From an uncultured Chthoniobacterales bacterium (GTDB lineage Bacteria; Verrucomicrobiota; Verrucomicrobiia; Chthoniobacterales; Terrimicrobiaceae), in assembly GCA_964516295.1 (NCBI GenBank), contig CAZEYT010000004.1:3678-67677 (forward strand): 64,000 nucleotides of DNA, in the 5' to 3' direction. The translations under genes were made by a program, and so were the position numbers. Of the stretch, positions 56,863-64,000 are shown piece after piece (position 1 is the first letter of the stretch; each line of letters starts with the position of its first letter). A model generated the notes under the pieces. That model was not told the DNA's origin and ran no database searches. It was given only the letters and a program-made list of their open reading frames with translations.

Positions 56863-57564
56863 ATGTTCCGTGTCCTGATCCTTGTTTTTCTTGCCGGGGT
56901 GATGCCCGCATTGGCCGCTGTCGAGCGGGAGTATATTCTGGTGAGCGGCGGTCCCTCGTTGATCGAGTGGGAAAAATACAAAGCCGAACCCCACGACCGT
57001 TGGTGGGGAAATTTCATCCGGGCCGCCCGCGTCCGCATCGAGCAGATCCGCAAAGAACACGGACCCGATGCGCGAATCACCTGGCTCGTCCACAAGCCGA
57101 GTTACGTCCGTCGCGCTGACCGGCAGGACAAAACCGACCTCATTGGCAACATCCTTTCCGTCCGCGACAAATACAACGTCAACCTCGTCTGGTTTAACAA
57201 AGGCTCGGAAATCATCGATTACCTCAACCGCGGCCAGCCCCGGAGTCAGGTGAAGATCGCCAATTTTGAATTCTACGGACATTCCAACCGGGCTTGTTTC
57301 ATGTTCGATTACAGCAACGAGATCGACAGCGGGTCGAAGAGCTGGCTGCATGAAAATGAACTTTATCGGATCAAGCGCGGGATCTTCACCCGCGATGCCT
57401 TTGTTAAGAGCTGGGGCTGTCACACCGGGGAAAGCATGAGCAAAGCGTGGCGTCGCGCCACGGGAACGCGGATGATCGGGGCCATTGGGAAGACCAACTA
57501 CGCCTACGGCCATCTCCGAGGCTGGATTCCCGCGCTCAGCGAAGGCGGCCGTTGGGGCGGATAA
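56863..57564 (+). CDS. hypothetical secreted protein
   Basis: The signal peptide is MFRVLILVFLAGVMPALAA. I recognise no family. Confidence 0.55.
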   Translation: MFRVLILVFLAGVMPALAAVEREYILVSGGPSLIEWEKYKAEPHDRWWGNFIRAARVRIEQIRKEHGPDARITWLVHKPSYVRRADRQDKTDLIGNILSVRDKYNVNLVWFNKGSEIIDYLNRGQPRSQVKIANFEFYGHSNRACFMFDYSNEIDSGSKSWLHENELYRIKRGIFTRDAFVKSWGCHTGESMSKAWRRATGTRMIGAIGKTNYAYGHLRGWIPALSEGGRWGG

Positions 57565-57628
57565 GCTGCGCGCAGTCCACGGATCGAAACGGATCGATAT
57601 TGGTCTGACTCCACCGAGGCGTTCCGGC

Positions 57629-58525
57629 ATGAAACGACGGGCTTTCCTCCGCCAAGCCGTCGGTTTCACGACCGCGACGCTGGCCGGGTGGCCGGTGTTG
57701 CGCGTGATCGGTTCCCAGGTCGACGAGGGACCGCTCCGCATTCTTTTCCTTACCGACCTTCATGCGATGAGCGAACGCGGTGCCCCGGACGGCCTCCGGC
57801 TCACCGCCGAGCAAATTCAACAAATCCCCGCGGATGTCATCATCGGCGGCGGGGATTTTGTCCACGGCGGCTACACGTCGGACACCGCGACCATGGAGCC
57901 GAGGTTTGCGCTATGTGCCGCGTTTCTCAAGCAAATCGGCCGTCCGGTCGAAGCGATTCTTGGAAACCACGACATGGTCGGTGTCCACCACGAGAAAGGC
58001 GCCCCCGATCCCGATCCCACCCGTTCGTTCCGCGAGATGACCGGCACGAAGAGTCTCTGGCGGACCTTTGACGTGAAGGGCCGTCGCTTCTTTGTCGTGC
58101 AGTCCGTCGAGCCCGTTGCCGGGACCGCGAGTTACCGAGGCCGGGTCTCCGACGAGCAAATGGCCTGGCTGAAAAGCGAGCTCGCATCCACGCCGAAAAC
58201 GATGCCCCTCATCCTCTGTTCCCACATCCCGCTCCGGACCACGTTCAAGCAAATCCAGGAATCCCCGCTCGCCGCGCTGCCCGAGAATCTTGTCGTCGGC
58301 AATGCGAATGATGTGCTCGCTCTTTTTGATCAGCACCGACTCGAACTCGTGCTGCAGGGTCACCTGCATTTCAACGAGTTCCTGCGGGTCAATCAAACGG
58401 CGTTCCTCGTGGGCGGCGCTGTCTGTGGTGCGTGGTGGGACGGAAGCAATCTCGGCACGCCAAGAGGCTTCGGCCTCATCGAACTCGGCGCCGATCCCCG
58501 TTGGACCTATCTCCCCACCGCATAA
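57629..58525 (+). CDS. Tat-signal metallophosphoesterase
   Basis: The twin-arginine leader is MKRRAFLRQAVGF. The phosphoesterase motifs are FLTDLHA, GGGDFVHG, GNHD, SHIP and GHLH. Confidence 0.75.
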   Translation: MKRRAFLRQAVGFTTATLAGWPVLRVIGSQVDEGPLRILFLTDLHAMSERGAPDGLRLTAEQIQQIPADVIIGGGDFVHGGYTSDTATMEPRFALCAAFLKQIGRPVEAILGNHDMVGVHHEKGAPDPDPTRSFREMTGTKSLWRTFDVKGRRFFVVQSVEPVAGTASYRGRVSDEQMAWLKSELASTPKTMPLILCSHIPLRTTFKQIQESPLAALPENLVVGNANDVLALFDQHRLELVLQGHLHFNEFLRVNQTAFLVGGAVCGAWWDGSNLGTPRGFGLIELGADPRWTYLPTA

Positions 58526-58545
58526 TCACGGAGCGGGCCGCGGCC

Positions 58546-60876
58546 TCAGGCAATTTTGAAATCGACCTGCTGCTTGAACATGTCGACGCGGGCGACGAGG
58601 ACTTCGACCATGTCGCCGACTTTGTAAACCTTCTGCGACCGACGCCCGATGAGCCGCTGGCGGCCGGTGTCGAGCACGTAGAAATCATTGTCGAGCGACG
58701 AGACATGGACGAGCCCCGAGAGGAGAAATTCGGGCAACTCCACAAAGAACCCGTAGTTGCGCACATCAATGATCGCGGCCCGAAAGGGTTCGCCCGTGCG
58801 CTTGTTCACCTGCATTTGGAAAAACTCGAGTTTCTTCAGACGTACCGATTCCTTTTCCGCTTCGGCAGCAACCCGCTCGGTCGCGGAGATATGCTCGGCC
58901 ATTGACCCAAGGGCGTTGGAATCGGGTCCCACTCGGGTGAGCCCGAGGAGACGCTCCAGCGCACGATGTACGATGAGATCGCTATACCGGCGGATCGGGC
59001 TGGTGAAATGGGTGTAGTCGGCCTTCGACAGGCCGTAGTGCCCGAGGGCATCCGGCGAATACTTCGCGCGCTTCAGGCTCTTCAAGAGCGCGATCTTCAC
59101 CGCCGCCTCGTGCGGTTTTCCACGGAGACCGGTGAGCAATTTCTGCAATTCCGGACGCTGCGTGAGATCGCCCGCTTTGACGCCGTGCCCGGCCGCAAAC
59201 TCGCGGAACTCGGCGAGCTTGTCGGGGTCCGGCTTTTCATGGATCCGATAGAGCGCTGGCTGGCGGCGGATCTTCAACTCGCGCCCGACCAACTCATTCG
59301 CCAGCAGCATGAGTTCTTCGATCAGTTGGTGCGAAATGTCATTCTCCACCCGCTCCAAGCGGATGGGTTTGCCGGTCTCATCCAACCAGACCTTGATCTC
59401 CGGAAAATCCAAATCCAACGAGCCCGACGCGAAGCGTTTTTTGCGAAGGGTCGATGAGAGTTCCCACGCTGTATGAACCCGCTCGGCGACTTCATCCCCC
59501 GGAGGCACGGGTTTCTTCAAAATCTCGAAAGCCTGCTTGTAAGTAAGGCGTGCCGCGCTGCGGATGACGGACTTTGCAAAGCGGGCGGACTTCACCTTTC
59601 CCTGCCGGGTGATTTCGGCGAAGACCGAAAACGCGAGCCGGTCCACATGCGGCTTGAGGCTGCAAATGCCGTTGCTCAGCGCCTCCGGAAGCATCGGGAT
59701 CACACGATCGGCCAGATAAACACTGTTGCCCCGCGAATACGCTTCGCGATCCAGGGCCGACTTCGGGCGGACATAATGCGAGACATCCGCTATGTGAATG
59801 CCGACTTTCCATCCGTCTCCGGTGCGCTCCACATGAATCGCGTCGTCGAAGTCCCGGGCGTCATCGGGATCAATCGTCAGAATGAACTGTCCGCGCAAAT
59901 CCTCGCGTCGGACGGCTTCTTGGGCGTCCACTTCCGGAGATACCTGCCCGGCTTCGCGGGTGACATCCGGCGGAAACTCCACCGGGAGGCGATGCTTGCG
60001 AATAATCGACAGCATGTCCACGCCGGGTTTGGAGACAGGTCCAAGAACCTCGATGATGTGCCCCTCGGGATTCACATGACGCGACGGCCACGCATCCAGC
60101 TTGGCCACCACTTTGTCGCCGATATTTGCCACCAGCGGCGGCATTGGCGTCTGAAGGTAAAGGTTGTGAACAAACCGCGGATCGTCCGCGACGAGATAGT
60201 AGAAATTCTTCGACTTCTGGAGCGTTCCGACAATTGTTTCGCTCGCCCGCTGGAGAACGCGAATCACACGCCCTTCGCGTCGCGGGGCGCGTCCGGGTTC
60301 GCGGACCGGCGGTTTCTCCGCGGAAATGCGCGCCACCACGCGGTCGCCATGCATCGCCGTGAACGTGTTCTCCCCGCTAATAAAGAGATCCGGCTGGCCG
60401 GCCGTCTCATTCAGCACATGCGCGGCACCGGTGGCATGAAATTGAATGGTTCCCGTAAAAAGATCCGCTTCCTGCGGGATGATGTAGCGGTCCTTGCGAA
60501 TGCGCGCGATCTCTCCGGCCACCTCCATCTCTTTCATCAGCTCGCGCAGCTTCGACCGCGCCGACGAATGGAAATCCAACGCCTTCGAAATCTCGACAAT
60601 GTCCAGTGGCCGCTCCTTCAGCAGACGAAGAATCGCCTCGCGCACGTTGCGCAAACCATCCGACTTCACCGGTTTTCGCACACCTTGATCCCCTCCCCCG
60701 ACCGGAGCCTGCGTCCCGCTCTTCGGCCCCGAGCTACTCCGCCGCCGTCGAGGATTACCCGCGGACCGCCCGGTCGTCTTTCCGGCACCCGCCGACGGAG
60801 CCGCATTGGACTCCTTTTTTTCCCTGCGTCCCCGCGGTCTTCTGGATTTCACCCGCCTGTGATCGCCCCGATGCAT
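58546..60876 (-). CDS. rnr: ribonuclease R
   Basis: The RNB catalytic region is ILTIDPDDARDFDDAIHV. It has cold-shock/OB N-terminal domains and a C-terminal S1 domain (FRAAIIDVRNYGFFVEL). The N-terminal tail is Arg/Lys-rich. The ATG at 60876 is preferred over 60936, which lies only 17 nt from the divergent gene. Confidence 0.9.
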   Translation of the reverse strand: MHRGDHRRVKSRRPRGRREKKESNAAPSAGAGKTTGRSAGNPRRRRSSSGPKSGTQAPVGGGDQGVRKPVKSDGLRNVREAILRLLKERPLDIVEISKALDFHSSARSKLRELMKEMEVAGEIARIRKDRYIIPQEADLFTGTIQFHATGAAHVLNETAGQPDLFISGENTFTAMHGDRVVARISAEKPPVREPGRAPRREGRVIRVLQRASETIVGTLQKSKNFYYLVADDPRFVHNLYLQTPMPPLVANIGDKVVAKLDAWPSRHVNPEGHIIEVLGPVSKPGVDMLSIIRKHRLPVEFPPDVTREAGQVSPEVDAQEAVRREDLRGQFILTIDPDDARDFDDAIHVERTGDGWKVGIHIADVSHYVRPKSALDREAYSRGNSVYLADRVIPMLPEALSNGICSLKPHVDRLAFSVFAEITRQGKVKSARFAKSVIRSAARLTYKQAFEILKKPVPPGDEVAERVHTAWELSSTLRKKRFASGSLDLDFPEIKVWLDETGKPIRLERVENDISHQLIEELMLLANELVGRELKIRRQPALYRIHEKPDPDKLAEFREFAAGHGVKAGDLTQRPELQKLLTGLRGKPHEAAVKIALLKSLKRAKYSPDALGHYGLSKADYTHFTSPIRRYSDLIVHRALERLLGLTRVGPDSNALGSMAEHISATERVAAEAEKESVRLKKLEFFQMQVNKRTGEPFRAAIIDVRNYGFFVELPEFLLSGLVHVSSLDNDFYVLDTGRQRLIGRRSQKVYKVGDMVEVLVARVDMFKQQVDFKIA

Positions 60877-60953
60877 CGTCGTGGCAAGAAAATGCTTGCC
60901 CGTCCCCGGACGTGTGAGAACTTCTCCCGAGACCATTTTCCCTGAACGAATCC

Positions 60954-61478
60954 ATGACTCCCTCCCGCCAAGCGTTCACATTGATCGAACTTCTGATCGT
61001 CATCGCGATCATCGGCATTCTCATGTCGCTCCTCTTCCCGGCGGTGAACGGCGCCATCGATGCGGCCCGCAAGGCTCAGGCAAAGAACGACATCGTGCAG
61101 ATCGCAACCGCCGTCACGGCTTACGAAACCGAATACGGCCGCCTGCCCAACACGAATAGCGGGGCCCAGACTGTCTCGGGCGATTGGGTGCTTGCACTCG
61201 GGGGCTCCAATGTCGGCAATCTCAATCCACGCCAAATCGTGTTCCTGGAGATCCAAACGGCTAAAAAAGGCAAAGGCGGAACAAACGCCAGCGGCCAGTT
61301 CGTGGATCCTTGGGGAGGAACCTATCAGGTGATGTTCGACGACGATTACAACAACCGCCTGAGTGCCAGCGTTCCAAGGATCACCGGCTCGGGAAACGAA
61401 ACGGTCGACGTCATGAAGAAAGTCATTCTCTGGAATACCAACAGCAACACACGCCGGTTGGTCCGCTCCTGGGAGTAA
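60954..61478 (+). CDS. prepilin-type N-terminal cleavage/methylation domain protein (GspG-like pseudopilin)
   Basis: AFTLIELLIVIAIIGILMSLLFPA is the class III signal peptide with its hydrophobic helix. Confidence 0.8.
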   Translation: MTPSRQAFTLIELLIVIAIIGILMSLLFPAVNGAIDAARKAQAKNDIVQIATAVTAYETEYGRLPNTNSGAQTVSGDWVLALGGSNVGNLNPRQIVFLEIQTAKKGKGGTNASGQFVDPWGGTYQVMFDDDYNNRLSASVPRITGSGNETVDVMKKVILWNTNSNTRRLVRSWE

Positions 61479-61484
61479 GATTCC

Positions 61485-61555
61485 GCGGGTGTAGTTCAAT
61501 GGTAGAACGGCAGCTTCCCAAGCTGCATACGAGGGTTCGATTCCCTTCACCCGCT
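61485..61555 (+). tRNA. tRNA-Gly (anticodon CCC)
   Basis: The acceptor stem is GCGGGTG/CACCCGC, the D arm is GTTCAATGGTAGAAC, the anticodon stem is GCAGC/GCTGC with loop TTCCCAA, and the T arm is GAGGG-TTCGATT-CCCTT. CCA is not encoded. Confidence 0.9.
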
Positions 61556-61680
61556 CCCCTGGATATCAACGACTTACGCAGCAACTGCACCAAGACTGCA
61601 CCAAAACTCAATCGGCGCAGGAAGGGGGAAAAATTTTGAGATTTTTTCTCGAAGGCAGATCAGAGTGGACGGTTTTGGCA

Positions 61681-62193
61681 TCAGAACCTCATCTTCGGCC
61701 GGAAGAATCCGAAACTCTCGCAAACAGCGCGAATCCGAGCCTCTGACTCTTCCAGGGTTACGCCCTGCAACTCGCACATTGCTCCGAATGCCTCCATTTG
61801 TGCCCCAAGAAATCCGGCAACATCCTGGCCCGGAAACGCCATTCTCGTCCGCCCTTTCCGCGTGTCTGTGATCGCAGCCGCATTGTCCACGAGACAGAGA
61901 GCGAGCACTTGCACCCAGAGAGTCTCCAGGCAGGCCAAGAACAGCCACGGGATTTCGTGGTTGTTCAACTTGCGGACGAATCTCCGGAACTCAGGAATCT
62001 GAAACAGCTCACGTGGATCATCATCGTATCCGCGGACGGAAAAGATCATCCCGTCCATTTCACAGGCGCAGAACGGATTGTCTACTGCGATCCGTAGATC
62101 ATGGGTGATGCGCTCGGTAAGGCAGCTTTCGACCTCGTGTCGCGAGATTTCGTAAAGAACGGTAGCTCCTTTGAAGAGGTTCTCTATTGTCAT
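61681..62193 (-). CDS. hypothetical protein, paralog A of a tandem pair
   Basis: It is a 170-aa ORF that aligns by eye with 62224-62802. Compare IFSVRGYDDDPRELFQIPEFRRFV...PWLFLACLE...VLALCLV with IFAPMGFAAEDEEIYVIPSVRTYF...PHWLFSSCF...VIALCCI. Confidence 0.55.
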   Translation of the reverse strand: MTIENLFKGATVLYEISRHEVESCLTERITHDLRIAVDNPFCACEMDGMIFSVRGYDDDPRELFQIPEFRRFVRKLNNHEIPWLFLACLETLWVQVLALCLVDNAAAITDTRKGRTRMAFPGQDVAGFLGAQMEAFGAMCELQGVTLEESEARIRAVCESFGFFRPKMRF

Positions 62194-62223
62194 CGTTGTC
62201 GATTTCTGGGCGTGAATAGAGGT

Positions 62224-62802
62224 TCAAACTGGGAGCCCTACGCAATGCCGGAACACCCCGAGGTGTCGTGTGGACTCTTCTCGGGAGATGCCCGCTACGG
62301 AATCGAGGATGGCCGTCGTCTCAAGGCACCGGTCGAAGAACGAATCCATCTCATCGGCGTCGTAGGTTACCGTCACCCGCTCCTGCTTGCGGCAAACCTG
62401 TAGCGTCTCAATGCAGCAGAGGGCGATGACGACAGCCGAGGGGTAGAAGAAACAAGAGGAGAACAGCCAATGGGGCCAGAGTGCTGTGACGTGTTGGAAG
62501 TAGGTTCTCACCGAAGGAATGACGTAGATCTCCTCATCCTCCGCCGCGAACCCCATCGGCGCGAAAATGCACCTTCCCGCGTAGTTGCGCAGGTATTCCG
62601 AGCCCTGCTGCGGGGCGTAGAAGCTGATGAGCTTCTGCACGTTTCCTAGCTCGATCTCGCTTCGAGATATGGCGTGCACGAACGCTGGGACGATTTCGCC
62701 ATGGAAGTTCCGAAACTTCAGCGTCTCGGGTTTGACGAGGTATTTCTCCACCTTGCCTGCGTGCAATGGAAGCGTGAGAGCGATGGGCTTTGATGACATC
62801 AC
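62224..62802 (-). CDS. hypothetical protein, paralog B of a tandem pair
   Basis: It is a 192-aa ORF. See the paralog alignment under 61681-62193. Its start overlaps the stop of the sigma-like gene by 4 nt. Confidence 0.55.
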   Translation of the reverse strand: MMSSKPIALTLPLHAGKVEKYLVKPETLKFRNFHGEIVPAFVHAISRSEIELGNVQKLISFYAPQQGSEYLRNYAGRCIFAPMGFAAEDEEIYVIPSVRTYFQHVTALWPHWLFSSCFFYPSAVVIALCCIETLQVCRKQERVTVTYDADEMDSFFDRCLETTAILDSVAGISREESTRHLGVFRHCVGLPV

Positions 62803-63437
62803 GGGGTTACCGCCTCCACGGCATCCTTGAGCACTGCGAGCTGTGCAGAGACGCTTCGCAGTTGTTGCGAGACAGCAGAGGGGGAAATCCCAAGGCGCTC
62901 GGCGACCTCACGCCCTGTTAGTCCTTCCTCCAATGTGAGTCGTGCGACTTCGAAAGCTCGTTCAGTTAGAATCTCCCGTCGCATGGCAAGTTGGAGGGCT
63001 GAGAGAGCGAGAGCACACCTTTGCTCGGGTGAAAGCTCCCGGGAAGCATGCGGATGATCGACAGTGCCGAAGTCAACATCCGTGCCTGGCTCAACTTTTC
63101 GAGAGCGTTCCCGAGCCCGATACCTCGCAATCCTTTGCATCGCATGCTTGCCGCAGATCCTGATCGAGGCGCGGAGATGCCGGTCTATCCCCTCGGAATC
63201 TCCCTCCCGAGTTGCCGCAGCCAGTCGTTCATTGCGCGGGAGGAAGGAACCAATCAGCAGGAGACAGGCATCCTGAACGACCTCTTGTTCCGCACCAGCA
63301 AGGATTCCGTTGAGGTGAGGAATGCGCGATCGACACTCTTGCACAAGTTCGTTTGCGAACTGCTCGGCATCTTCCCAGTTTCCCGAGTGTGTGGCGGCCA
63401 GCCACGCCTCGGCCATTGATTTGTTTGATGTCTTCAT
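62799..63437 (-). CDS. sigma-70-family (ECF-like) factor or region-4 HTH regulator
   Basis: The C-terminal region-4-like HTH is LSPEQRCALALSALQ...LTGREVAERLGISPSAVSQQLRSV. The N-terminal region-2 similarity is weak. Confidence 0.55.
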   Translation of the reverse strand: MKTSNKSMAEAWLAATHSGNWEDAEQFANELVQECRSRIPHLNGILAGAEQEVVQDACLLLIGSFLPRNERLAAATREGDSEGIDRHLRASIRICGKHAMQRIARYRARERSRKVEPGTDVDFGTVDHPHASRELSPEQRCALALSALQLAMRREILTERAFEVARLTLEEGLTGREVAERLGISPSAVSQQLRSVSAQLAVLKDAVEAVTP

Positions 63438-63515
63438 GACACCAGCCCCTCATTGCCGAGAGCACGAGAGCGGCGAAAGCCGCCGAGGGATCGCCTCAAG
63501 ATTGGAACGCTCTGC

Positions 63516-64000
63516 TCAGTGCGTCGACTGCTTACGAGAAGCGAGTGAAATCATTTCACCTGCTGACGGGAACCCAGGCCTCGCTGTCCCGCTGCGAATG
63601 GCGAGATTCGGGGTGATTTTCACGCTGACTTGCGAGTGGGTATGGCCGCACAGCACGAGAATCTCCTGCCGGGGGAACTGCTGCGCCATGCGCAGGAGCA
63701 TGTTTCCCACGGCGGTGTTGCAAAAAAATGGCTGCCTTAGCCAGTCACACGGTTTTCCACGATACTTCGCGGCCTGCAGTGCGGGCGGGAAATGGGTGGC
63801 GATGATGATGCGGTTGAAGCAGGTCAAAGCGTAGGGCAGGCAGTTGCGCAGCTTTTCTGCTGATTGCAATCCCAAGGCACGCAGAAGCTGAAAAGCCTGG
63901 CTGCGGCTCAATCCCTTGAAGTCCTCGATGGCGGAAAAGTCCGGATTTTGAGCAAGGGATTTGTCTCCCCAGCCCGTGCGACCATCCGACCACCCTCGAT
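63516..64000 (-). CDS. metallophosphoesterase-like protein (partial; the N-terminus lies beyond the window end)
   Basis: ILVLCGHTH is a phosphoesterase motif near the C-terminus. The reading frame stays open upstream of the listed Met to the window edge. Confidence 0.5.
   Translation of the reverse strand, partial: RGWSDGRTGWGDKSLAQNPDFSAIEDFKGLSRSQAFQLLRALGLQSAEKLRNCLPYALTCFNRIIIATHFPPALQAAKYRGKPCDWLRQPFFCNTAVGNMLLRMAQQFPRQEILVLCGHTHSQVSVKITPNLAIRSGTARPGFPSAGEMISLASRKQSTH

Overview
This is a 64 kb high-GC bacterial chromosomal segment. All calls come from reading the ORF translations and the DNA by eye; no searches were run. The gene content suggests a Verrucomicrobiota/Opitutae-like organism: an exosortase plus a PEP-CTERM protein, an FTLIELL prepilin-like protein, and 'cacagag'-type intergenic repeats. 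That assignment is inference only.

The housekeeping backbone includes:
- a Tro/Mnt-type metal ABC operon
- an LpxH-like phosphoesterase
- a NusG paralog
- an FeS-type photolyase/cryptochrome
- pyrE
- a MATE pump
- DsbD plus a redoxin
- an RluA-type pseudouridine synthase
- katG
- an AraC regulator with a GH4 glycosidase
- RNase R
- tRNA-Cys(GCA) and tRNA-Gly(CCC)

Four accessory regions stand out:
1. 23.2-32.4 kb is a co-directional minus-strand defence island. Its order is hsdR, an Abi_2 gene, a fused hsdM::hsdS, a HipA-like core kinase, a HipS-like/HIRAN protein, a relic of a second hsdS 3' end, an unknown 262-aa ORF, and a PIN nuclease.
2. 38.5-41.9 kb is a lower-GC block with a DUF2075 nuclease/ATPase, a HIT protein and a ScoMcrA-like HNH endonuclease.
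3. 41.9-44.7 kb is a decayed type I R-M locus: an hsdM tail, an AbiEi-like gene, a nucleotidyltransferase gene with two frameshifts, and an hsdS head.
4. 61.6-64.0 kb, next to tRNA-Gly, carries a sigma-like gene and two tandem paralogs of unknown function.

Other points of interest:
- a 1.3 kb non-coding gap (36.3-37.6 kb) with a ~240-nt nested-helix element
- several unusual domain fusions: permease-DtxR, FHA-ABC-ABC2, and DAACS symporter-SBP
- several frame-disrupted genes: SulP, the CPBP N-terminus, and the nucleotidyltransferase

No rRNA, CRISPR array, transposase or integrase was recognised.
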